DNA from: Verrucomicrobiales bacterium
GTDB lineage: Bacteria > Verrucomicrobiota > Verrucomicrobiia > Limisphaerales > JAYPEY01
Length of the DNA stretch: 64,000 nt
Assembly: GCA_038126035.1 (NCBI GenBank)
Contig: JAYPEY010000007.1
Span: forward strand, 38,084-102,083
Reading direction: 5' to 3'
Shown: positions 27,500-35,685 of the stretch, piece after piece
Numbering within the stretch: position 1 is the first letter of the stretch
How the letters are laid out: each line of letters opens with the position of its first letter
Translations under genes and position numbers: made by a program
The notes under the pieces: generated by a model
Told to the model about the DNA's origin: nothing
Database searches by the model: none
Seen by the model: the letters and a program-made list of their open reading frames with translations, nothing else

Positions 27500-28888
27500 T
27501 CAGCCGATCTCAAACCACTCCTTCTGATACTCGATGCGCTTGCCGGAAGTGACCGCCTCATTGGCCTTGATGACCGTCACCGCGGCCTGGAAGCCGATCT
27601 CGTAATCGGCATAGGGAAGCTTCTCCTTCTCGATATCCACCAGGTAGTCGGCCAACGCGACCGGGTCGTCGCCGAAGAGATCCGTGAAATCCTCGACGCC
27701 GGACTTGTGCGCATAGCTGTTGCTGGCGAAGGCCTGCAGCGCGTAGAAGACCGGGGTCTCCTTGAAGACCTGGGCGTCCTCGCCGTCGTCGCCCTGCGCC
27801 TTCAGCTTGGTCGCGTTCATCACGAGCGCCACGCCCTCCTCCTGGTGGAACTTGTCCTTGCGCGCGTAGACCTCCCAGCCGAGGAGCGGGGAATCCGCCT
27901 CCTTGAACATCCAGGCCTTGTCGCCGCGCACCATGATCGCGGAATCACTCCCGTAGTAGACCTCGTGCTCGCTGTCGAAGGAGTTCGCCAGGGTCGCGTG
28001 GAAGATCATGTTCGTCCCGCCGGGATATTCCAGGATGACCTGGACGGTGTTGGGCACATCCTGCTGATCCTTGTTCCACTGGATGAAGGAGCCGAAGCCC
28101 GTGACCGCGACGGGCTTCTTGGCGTAGGTCCAGTTCGCCGCGTCCAGCTGATGAATGCCGATCTCGCCGACCACGCCGAGCGAGATATCCTTCTTCGTCC
28201 GCCAGTTGATCTCCTTCTGGCGATCGTTGTTCGGCGAAAAGCGTTTCCAGCTCTGCTTCTTGTGCCACTGGGCGCGGCCCATCGCGTCGCGGCCCATGAC
28301 GCCGGTCTTGATGAAGTTGTTCAGAAAGTGGCGCTGCGGATCGGAGCGGTTCTGCAGGCCGACCTGGAAGTGCACCTTGCGGTTCTTCTTCGCCGCCTGC
28401 GCGATCGCCCGCGCGTCCTCGATCGTATGCGCCAGGGGCGCCTCGACGAAGACGTGTTTGCCCGCGTTCAGGCAGGCGATCACGATGTCCTTGTGCTGGT
28501 GCGTCGGCGTGGCGACGATCACCGCCTCCACATTCGAATCGCCGAGCAGATCCTTGTAGTTCTCATACTTGGCCGCGTCCTTGGCAATGCGGGCGCCGCG
28601 CCGCAGATAGGCGGGATAGTGGTCGCAGATGGCCTTGAGCGGCGCGTTCGGAATCTGCGCGAGATTCTCCAGAATCTCGCGACCGCGAGTGCCGCAGCCG
28701 ATCAGCCCCATGCCCACGGGCGGCGACTTGGAGGCGTCATACTTCGTCTGGCCTTCGGCGGAATTGTCCTGGGCCTTGATCTCAACGACGCTCATCGCGC
28801 CAAACAACGAGGCAAATGTCCCGGCCGCCAGAAAATCGCGGCGGTTCAATTCCTGGTTCTCCGATTGGGTCTGGTTGTCTTTGTTCAT
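27500..28888 (-). CDS. TAT-exported Gfo/Idh/MocA family oxidoreductase
   Basis: Twin-arginine signal NRRDFLAAGTFASLFGAMS. Rossmann start GMGLIGCGTRGREIL, plus the EAPLAHT motif region (GKHVFVEAPLA). Confidence 0.85.
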   Translation of the reverse strand: MNKDNQTQSENQELNRRDFLAAGTFASLFGAMSVVEIKAQDNSAEGQTKYDASKSPPVGMGLIGCGTRGREILENLAQIPNAPLKAICDHYPAYLRRGARIAKDAAKYENYKDLLGDSNVEAVIVATPTHQHKDIVIACLNAGKHVFVEAPLAHTIEDARAIAQAAKKNRKVHFQVGLQNRSDPQRHFLNNFIKTGVMGRDAMGRAQWHKKQSWKRFSPNNDRQKEINWRTKKDISLGVVGEIGIHQLDAANWTYAKKPVAVTGFGSFIQWNKDQQDVPNTVQVILEYPGGTNMIFHATLANSFDSEHEVYYGSDSAIMVRGDKAWMFKEADSPLLGWEVYARKDKFHQEEGVALVMNATKLKAQGDDGEDAQVFKETPVFYALQAFASNSYAHKSGVEDFTDLFGDDPVALADYLVDIEKEKLPYADYEIGFQAAVTVIKANEAVTSGKRIEYQKEWFEIG

Positions 28889-29137
28889 CGGTCAAATCTG
28901 TTCATGAGCCCGGAAGCCGCGACAGGACGGCAAAGGGCCCGACTTGGAATGGGCCGACACCATAGGCGCTGTCCGCCAGATGCCAATCCCATAATGCCGG
29001 ACACCCACCCCAAATTCAGAACGACCGCAACGCTGGGGAATTCAATCCGACCGCCGCGACAAAGGAACAGGGACACGCGGCGCAGGCATCCTCGCCTGCG
29101 GATGCGACGGGCGTCACCGGCCGATCGTTCGGTCCTT

Positions 29138-29183
29138 GCGGCGAGACGCCGCAAGAACCCGCAGCCGGGACGGCCGCGCTACG
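29138..29183 (+). repeat. intergenic repeat family R2, copy 3
   Basis: GCGGCGAGACGCCGCAAGAACCCGCAGCCGGGACGGCCGCGCTACG in the divergent intergenic region 28889..29248. Confidence 0.8.
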
Positions 29184-29248
29184 AGGCGGGGCGATGCCTG
29201 CAGACCCTCGGCTTGTTCACGCCCGCCCGGCGCCCTATAAGATCTGCC

Positions 29249-31582
29249 ATGGCTTTGCTCCCTCACCAGCCGCGCCATTGCTTCATGGGCGTCATTCTGA
29301 CGATCGCATTGGCCGAAGCCGCGTCTTCCGCAACACCCGAAACCTTGTCGGGAACCGCGCAACTGCCCTGGCCCGAGGAGGATCTGTCCGAGCGCATGAT
29401 GAACGGCGCGCATGCCTTCATCGAACGCCGGATCGATGAATCCATCGGGAAGCGCGGGCAACATTGGAATTACGACCTGTCATCGGCGGAGGCCTACCTG
29501 AAGTCCATCGAGGCAAACCGGGAGCGCTTCCGGAAAATGATCGGGGTGGTGGATGAGCGGGCTGAGCCGAGGATGGAGTTCTTTGGCGATGATCAGAACC
29601 CGGCGCTGGCGGCCCGCGGAGCAAACCACACGATTCACCAGGCCCGCTGGCAGGTTCTTGATGGATTCGCCGCCGAGGGCCTGCTGATCCGCCCCTTCGG
29701 GAAATGGCGGACCACGGTCATTCTCTGGCCGGATGCGAACACCACGCCGGAATCGTATGCGGGCCTGGACGAGGGGCTTCCCGAATCGGAGCAGATCGGG
29801 CGCCTCCTCGGAGAACAGGGGATCCAGGTCCTGATCCCCACACCGATCGACCGACGAAAACTCGAGACGAAGGACAGCCGGCTCGCCAGGTCGGATCAGA
29901 CCCATCGGGAGTGGATCTACCGCCAGGCCTTCCACATGGGCAGGCACGTGATCGGTTACGAGGCGCAGACCACGCTGGCGGCGGTCGACTGGGCGACACG
30001 GCAGGCCCCGGAACGTCCGATCTACGCGTTCGGCCACGGCGAAGGCGGACTGATCGCATTCTATTCCGCGGCGGCGGATCCGCGCATCGCCGGCGCCTTG
30101 ATCGCCGGATACCTGGGCGATCGCCAGCGCGTCTGGTCCGAGCCGATTTATCGAAATGTCTTCGGTTTGTTGAATGAGTTCGACGACGCTCGAATAATCT
30201 CACTGATCCAGCCCCGCCGCATGCTGGCGGTTCACAATCAACCGCCGACCGTGGTCGGGCACAAGGGCGACGCGCCGGCGCCCGGGTTCGCCGAGGTCGC
30301 GCGAGTGATCGCGGGCGCTCCACGGATCAGAGGGGGCGCGTCCACGCCGACCGTGGTGACCGCCAAGGGTTCCCGAGCCGCATTGCCGCTGCCGGCGGCC
30401 GTGGTCGCAAGGTTTCTGAAGGACGAGGGATTCGAGATCCGGGAGAAGGCAGGCGCTGGCGCGCCGAAGGACCTGCGGCGGAACTTCGATCCGGCGCAAC
30501 GCCACGCCCGGATTTTCAAAGGCATGGAGAGCCACGTCCAGGGCCTCATCCGCAAATCCGAGCACGTGCGCGACCGGTTCTTCCTGTTCAACGCGGAGCC
30601 GGAATTCGAGGGTGGCAGGTGGAGCACGAACAAGGAACATCCGGTCAAGGATCCCGGGGATTTCATCGAGAAGGCGAAGGCGTTCCGGAAGAGGTTTCAC
30701 GAGGAGGCGATGGGGAGGTTTGACGAGAAGATGCTCCCGCCCAACGCCCGCACAAGGAAGATCGCCGAGACCGACAAGTGGACGGCCTACGATGTCGTGT
30801 TGGATGTCTATCCGGAGTTGTTCGCCTGGGGGGCATTGGTGTTGCCCAAGGATCTGAAACCGGGTGAACGCCGCCCCGTAGTGGTCTGCCAACACGGCCG
30901 CAACGGCCTGCCGCGCGACGCGATCAACACGGGTTCCACCGCCTACAACGATTTCGCCGCGAGGCTGGCCGAACGCGGCTTCATCACCTTCGCTCCGCAC
31001 AACCTCTACCGCGGCGAGGATCGCTACCGGTGGCTGGATCGGAAGGCAAATACCGTCGGCTGCACGCTGTTCTCCTTCATCATCGCGCAACACGAGCAGA
31101 TCCTGAAATGGCTGAAGACCCAGCCCTTTGTCGATGGCGAGCGCATGGCCTTCTACGGATTGAGTTACGGCGGCGAAACCGCCGTGCGTGTGCCGGCGAT
31201 CCTCGAGGATTACCGCCTGTCGATCTGCTCCGGCGACTTCAACCAGTGGACGCGCAAGGTCGCCGCGACCGACCAACCCTTTTCCTTCATGAGGACGATC
31301 GAATGGGAGATGCCCTATTGGAACCTGGGGCACACCTTCGATTATGCGGAGATGGCCTACCTGATTTTTCCCCGGCCGTTCATGGTCGAGCGCGGACATC
31401 ACGACCGCGTCGGACGCGATCGCTGGGTCGCCCACGAATACGCGAAAGTCCGCTGGCTTTACGCGCAGTTCGGCTTGGCCGACCGCACGGAAATCGAATA
31501 CTTTCAGGGCGGCCACAGCATCAACGGTCAGGGAACTTTCGACTTCCTCCACAAGCACCTGGACTGGCCGAAACCGAATTGA
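29249..31582 (+). CDS. tandem alpha/beta-hydrolase-fold protein (S9/dienelactone-hydrolase-like C-domain)
   Basis: The real gene is the 3' part of ORF 27428..31582, with ATG at 29249 or 29285. The C-domain has the nucleophile elbow GLSYGG and a late GGHS. The N-domain has the equivalent elbow as GHGEGG, with no Ser. The upstream part of the ORF is antisense to the Gfo gene. Confidence 0.65.
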   Translation: MALLPHQPRHCFMGVILTIALAEAASSATPETLSGTAQLPWPEEDLSERMMNGAHAFIERRIDESIGKRGQHWNYDLSSAEAYLKSIEANRERFRKMIGVVDERAEPRMEFFGDDQNPALAARGANHTIHQARWQVLDGFAAEGLLIRPFGKWRTTVILWPDANTTPESYAGLDEGLPESEQIGRLLGEQGIQVLIPTPIDRRKLETKDSRLARSDQTHREWIYRQAFHMGRHVIGYEAQTTLAAVDWATRQAPERPIYAFGHGEGGLIAFYSAAADPRIAGALIAGYLGDRQRVWSEPIYRNVFGLLNEFDDARIISLIQPRRMLAVHNQPPTVVGHKGDAPAPGFAEVARVIAGAPRIRGGASTPTVVTAKGSRAALPLPAAVVARFLKDEGFEIREKAGAGAPKDLRRNFDPAQRHARIFKGMESHVQGLIRKSEHVRDRFFLFNAEPEFEGGRWSTNKEHPVKDPGDFIEKAKAFRKRFHEEAMGRFDEKMLPPNARTRKIAETDKWTAYDVVLDVYPELFAWGALVLPKDLKPGERRPVVVCQHGRNGLPRDAINTGSTAYNDFAARLAERGFITFAPHNLYRGEDRYRWLDRKANTVGCTLFSFIIAQHEQILKWLKTQPFVDGERMAFYGLSYGGETAVRVPAILEDYRLSICSGDFNQWTRKVAATDQPFSFMRTIEWEMPYWNLGHTFDYAEMAYLIFPRPFMVERGHHDRVGRDRWVAHEYAKVRWLYAQFGLADRTEIEYFQGGHSINGQGTFDFLHKHLDWPKPN

Positions 31583-31598
31583 ACCACGGAGCACACGG

Positions 31599-33128
31599 AT
31601 GACACGGACAATCAAAGACATCTACAGGATGGGCGCCACTGGCATGCTGGCGGCGACCGCGTTCGCCCTGATTGCGGCTCCGATGGAAGAGGGTCCGAAG
31701 GATTCGAAACCGTCGGGATTGCTGGCGGGCGTCGCGCGGGCGGACATCACGCCGCCGGTCGGCATCGCGCAGATGAACTGGGGTTCCCAGTCGCACATTG
31801 TCTCCACCGGCAACGACCCGGTCGGCATGGTCGCCACCGCCCTGGTCGTGTCCGACGGAAAGAACAAGTTCGCGATGGTGGACATCGACCGCCTGTTTGT
31901 GGAAGGCCTTGAGCCGGCGATCGGGCGCGCCGCGCAGTTGACCGGCATTCCGGCGGAGCACATCCGCCTTGGCGCGACCCACACCCACGCCGGCGCGCGC
32001 ACTTCCTCAGCCAAGGGGCCGGCCGGCAAGGATCTCAGCGAATACAAGGCCCTGGTCGAACGATACGACTCGCTGCTCATCGACAAGGTCGTCGGCATCC
32101 TGGTCGAGGCCAATGATCGTCTGCAACCGGCGCACATCTACGGCGGCCGCGGCGAGGGGACGATCAATATCAATCGTCGCGTTCGCGCCGCCGCCGGCGC
32201 CCCGCCCGCCGTCGGGCGCAACCCGGACGGCTACGTGGATCGCGAACTGGTCGTCCTGCGCATCGACGACGCGAAGGGCGCCCCCCTGGCTGTCGTCGCC
32301 AACTTCCAATGCCACGGCACGGCCCTGGCCTACGCCAACAAGAAGATCTCGCCCGACTGGGTGGGCATGGTCCGTCGCGTGGTCGAGGACTCGCTGCCCG
32401 GCTCGACCTGCCTCTTCTTCCAGGGAGCCGCCGGAAACCAGGGCCCGATCGAGGGCTTCGTCGGCGACCTCGCCGTGCCGCATCGATTGGGCTCCATCCT
32501 GGGCCACCAGGTCGCGGCGGTGGCCCTGGGCGTTGAAACCGTCAACCGCGTTCCGACTTTCGAGGGCTTTGTCGAATCGACCGCCTACCAGGCGAAGCAG
32601 CGCTGGCGCGTGAAGGGGCCGCGCGACGCCACCCTGAAGCGCGCGTCCAAGGTCATCGAACTGCCGCGACGCCGATACTCGCCGGCGGAAATCGAATCCA
32701 TGAAGGCGCGCGTGAACGACGCGGTGAATAAGGTGAACGCCGCCAACAGGACCGGCGATGTCTGGAAGATCCACCAGGCCGGCGCGCGCCTGCGGCGTTT
32801 CCGCGACCTGCTGGAGGCATGGAGCCAACCCGTCGATCCGTCGCCGGTGACGCTGCAGATCGAAGCCTGGCGGATCGGTGAAATCGCGATCGCCTCCATG
32901 CCCGGCGAGGCTTTCGCGGAAATCGGCGTCGCGGTGAAGAAGGCCTCGCCGTTTGCGATCACGCTCTTCTGCGGTTACTCGGACGGGGTGGGCGGCGGTT
33001 ATCTCCCGACCGCCGCCGAGTACCGCCACGGCGGCTACGAGGTGGAGCGTTCGCCCTATGGACCGGAGGCGGAGAGGGCGCTGATCGGGGAAATGACAAC
33101 CTTGTTAAAACAGTTGGAAACGCGCTAG
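31599..33128 (+). CDS. neutral/alkaline ceramidase N-terminal-domain-like hydrolase (paralogue 3)
   Basis: ARADITPPVGIAQMNWG, ATALVVSDGKNKFAMVDID and LGATHTHAGART. Lies 17 nt after the preceding gene. TAG stop. Confidence 0.7.
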   Translation: MTRTIKDIYRMGATGMLAATAFALIAAPMEEGPKDSKPSGLLAGVARADITPPVGIAQMNWGSQSHIVSTGNDPVGMVATALVVSDGKNKFAMVDIDRLFVEGLEPAIGRAAQLTGIPAEHIRLGATHTHAGARTSSAKGPAGKDLSEYKALVERYDSLLIDKVVGILVEANDRLQPAHIYGGRGEGTININRRVRAAAGAPPAVGRNPDGYVDRELVVLRIDDAKGAPLAVVANFQCHGTALAYANKKISPDWVGMVRRVVEDSLPGSTCLFFQGAAGNQGPIEGFVGDLAVPHRLGSILGHQVAAVALGVETVNRVPTFEGFVESTAYQAKQRWRVKGPRDATLKRASKVIELPRRRYSPAEIESMKARVNDAVNKVNAANRTGDVWKIHQAGARLRRFRDLLEAWSQPVDPSPVTLQIEAWRIGEIAIASMPGEAFAEIGVAVKKASPFAITLFCGYSDGVGGGYLPTAAEYRHGGYEVERSPYGPEAERALIGEMTTLLKQLETR

Positions 33129-33142
33129 AAGAAGTGAAACAC

Positions 33143-34735
33143 ATGAAACACCCCGCCCTCCTACTCACTCTCATTGTCTCAGTCTTCACCGCCGTCGCCG
33201 CCGACAACCGCCCCAACATCGTCCTGATCATGGCGGACGATCTCGGCTTTTCGGACCTGGGCTGCTACGGCTCCGCCATCGAGACGCCGGTCCTCGACGG
33301 CCTCGCCGCAAAGGGGCTGCGCTTCTCGCAGTTCTACAACACCGCCAAATGCCATTCCTCGCGCGTGTCGTTGCTGACGGGGCTGTATTGCGACCAGGCG
33401 GGCGGCGCGAAGCTCAACCGCGGCGCGACCATCGCGGAAGTTCTCCGGTCGGCCGGTTATTTCACCGCCATGTCCGGCAAATGGCATCTGACGCAGCAGC
33501 CCACGGACTTTGGTTTCCAACGCTACTTCGGCCACCTGTCCGGCGCGGTCAACTTCTTCACCGGCGATGAGTCCTTCCGCCTCAATGGCGAGGAATGGAA
33601 GGTCCCCAAGACGCTGAACGGCCGCCGCTTCTACACAACCCACGCCATCACCGACTTCGCGCTCGATTTCCTCGACGACGCCGACAAGAGCGACAAACCC
33701 TTCCTCCTCTACGTCGCCTACAACGCGCCGCACTACCCGCTGCACGCCCCGGAGAAGGACGTGAAGAAATACGACGGCCGCTTCGACGAGGGCTGGGACG
33801 TCATCCGCCAACGGCGTCACGAGAAGCAGCTCAAGCTGGGCCTCGTGCCGAAGCAATGGAGGATGGCGCCGCGCCCGGATCATGTGCCCGCCTTTGCCAG
33901 CCTGCCCAAGACCGAACGCGAGTGGGAATCCGATCGCATGGAGGTCTTCGCGGCGATGGTCGATGTCCTGGACCGCAGCATCGGCCGCCTGGTCGCCGAC
34001 CTGAAGAAGCGCGGCAAGTGGGAGAACACATTGTTCCTCTTCTGCTCGGACAATGGCGCCTGCCCCTTCGAGCGGACGACCGGCCGTTACCTGAAGCCCT
34101 GGGATGAGAAATCCTATTGGACCTACGATTCCAGCTGGGCCTACGCCGGCAACACCCCCTTCCGCCTCTACAAGCAGAATCAACACGAAGGCGGCATCTC
34201 CTCGCCGATGATCGCCCATTGGCCGGCCGGACTGAAAACCAAACCCGGCTCCATCACCCGCCAGACCGGGCACCTCATCGACTTCATGGCCACCTTCATC
34301 GACGTCTCGGGAGCGAAGTATCCGAAGCAGATCGCCGACCGGAAGATCGACCCGCTGCAGGGCCGGTCGTTGATCCCCATCCTGCAGGGCCGGGAGCGCG
34401 AGGGACACAAGCAGCTCTACTTCCACTTCGGCACGGACCGCGCCCTGCGGCAGGGCAAGTGGAAACTCGTCTCCGCCAAGCTCGGCAGGTGGGAGTTGTA
34501 CGACATTGAGAAGGACCGCACCGAATCCAACGACCTTTCCGCCAAGCATCCCGAACGCGTCAAGGCGATGGCGAAGGAGTGGTTCCGCCTCGCCGAGGAT
34601 GTCGACCGCCTGAAGGGCAACCAGCTGAAGCCGGTGAAGAACAAGACGTCGTCGCTAAGTTTCCGCAAGGACACAACCTCCGGAAAGGCCAAGGGCGCCT
34701 CAGGGAACAACAAGAAGGCGAAGGACAAGAAGTGA
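33143..34735 (+). CDS. arylsulfatase (variant CHSSR signature)
   Basis: ATG 33143 (GTG 33134 is also possible): MKHPALLLTLIVSVFTAVAADNRPNIVLIMADDLGFSD. Signature CHSSR (Ser in place of the usual Pro), plus GKWHL. Lys-rich C-terminal tail. Confidence 0.85.
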   Translation: MKHPALLLTLIVSVFTAVAADNRPNIVLIMADDLGFSDLGCYGSAIETPVLDGLAAKGLRFSQFYNTAKCHSSRVSLLTGLYCDQAGGAKLNRGATIAEVLRSAGYFTAMSGKWHLTQQPTDFGFQRYFGHLSGAVNFFTGDESFRLNGEEWKVPKTLNGRRFYTTHAITDFALDFLDDADKSDKPFLLYVAYNAPHYPLHAPEKDVKKYDGRFDEGWDVIRQRRHEKQLKLGLVPKQWRMAPRPDHVPAFASLPKTEREWESDRMEVFAAMVDVLDRSIGRLVADLKKRGKWENTLFLFCSDNGACPFERTTGRYLKPWDEKSYWTYDSSWAYAGNTPFRLYKQNQHEGGISSPMIAHWPAGLKTKPGSITRQTGHLIDFMATFIDVSGAKYPKQIADRKIDPLQGRSLIPILQGREREGHKQLYFHFGTDRALRQGKWKLVSAKLGRWELYDIEKDRTESNDLSAKHPERVKAMAKEWFRLAEDVDRLKGNQLKPVKNKTSSLSFRKDTTSGKAKGASGNNKKAKDKK

Positions 34736-34870
34736 GGAGCAGGAAGGGATTCACCCCGTTTGCCTGGCGTGGGAGAGCGGAACGACGGGAGCAGATCGGG
34801 CGTCCCGGGATTGGTCGGGCCTTGGCTTGAAATGCCGGGCGCGCAGTAAACGGAATGAATTCCGTTCTAC
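34736..34870 (+). repeat. REPIN-like doublet D (degenerate module X ... module Y)
   Basis: GGAGCAGGAAGGGATTCACCCCGTTTGCCTGGCG ... GGGCCTTGGCTTGAAATGCCGGGCGCGCAGTAAACGGAATGAATTCCGTTCTAC. It starts 1 nt after the sulfatase stop, and its terminal CTA provides the TAG stop of the RAYT C-terminal fragment. Confidence 0.75.
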
Positions 34871-35629
34871 GCCGTTGCGCGCCACGCATCCATCCAGTCC
34901 GGGCGATATATGGCCTTCGCCGGCAGTGTGATTCGCGCTTTCCCCGGGTTGTCCGCAATGTAGTCCCGCAGGCGACTCAGCTGAACTCGTGAGCGCACGA
35001 TGTGGTCATAGCTGTCGGCCTGCCAGAAGGAGCCTGATCGTCCTTGAATACGATTGCATTCGATTGCGGTCGTTCCCTTCAGCTTCTTCAACACCGATTC
35101 CGGGCGTGGGCGTGATCAGCATGTGGAGGTGATTCGGCATGATCACGAAATCACCGAGATGGTAGAGATCGCCGTCGTTTCCCAGCAATCGATCGCGCAC
35201 GATTTCGATGCAGGAGCTCTTCCTAAGCCAACAGTGTCCGACGCCGCGATCGAGGCAGGCTTCGACCTGACGGTTGAAATGTCGGTGGAATCGCGCTTGT
35301 TCTTTGGCGGGAAGCTTCTCGAACTCCGGCCGCCAACGGCCGGCTTTATCAAAGGTGATTCCATGCACTTCGAGCCAGATTCGTTTTTCTTCCTCCCACT
35401 TCTTTCGAATCAGCGTGGGGATGGAATCTGCGAGACGGATTGTAATGAAATAGGTGACGCCTTCCTGTCGCCAGTGTGGGAGGTTGCGACGGTAGACGCG
35501 GACGGCTTTGTAGCGATTGAAGGAGACGAAATCGGGGCGCGGGATCGGTGATATAGAACGGGGTTCATCCCGTTTGCTGGCGTTGGGAGGCGGAAGGTTG
35601 GCGGGGTTTGAGGCGGTCTTGGGATTCAT
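34867..35629 (-). pseudogene. REP-associated tyrosine transposase (RAYT, IS200/IS605 TnpA-like), frameshifted
   Basis: ORF 35006..35629 carries YRRNLPHWRQEGVTYFITIRL and the HUH motif PNHLHMLITP. ORF 34867..35094, in another frame, carries LKKLKGTTAIECNRIQGRSGSFWQADSYDHIVR with the catalytic Tyr context. The two halves need a 1-nt frame change near 35095-35120. Confidence 0.7.
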
Positions 35630-35684
35630 GGGGCCTTGGCTTGGAATGTTGGGCGCGCAATAAACGGAACAAATTCCGTTCTAC
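35553..35684 (+). repeat. REPIN-like doublet B (module X ... module Y)
   Basis: ATAGAACGGGGTTCATCCCGTTTGCTGGCG ... GGGCCTTGGCTTGGAATGTTGGGCGCGCAATAAACGGAACAAATTCCGTTCTAC. It overlaps the first ~25 codons of the RAYT ORF and ends 2 nt before the stop at 35686. Confidence 0.8.
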
Positions 35685-35685
35685 G

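Larger units (their letters stand above)
34736..35684 (-). mobile_element. REPIN-RAYT locus (RAYT gene bracketed by two REPIN-like doublets)
   Basis: Doublets D (34736..34870) and B (35553..35684), in the same orientation, flank the Y1-transposase-like gene. A 60-nt line counted by hand inside the gene (35401-35460) is 48% G+C. Confidence 0.6.

Noticed and set aside
27428-29248. 5' 600 codons of the 1384-aa ORF 27428..31582.
   Set aside because: This part is antisense to the motif-rich TAT-exported Gfo/Idh/MocA gene and runs through an R2 repeat. Recognisable hydrolase sequence and a plausible start begin only at 29249.
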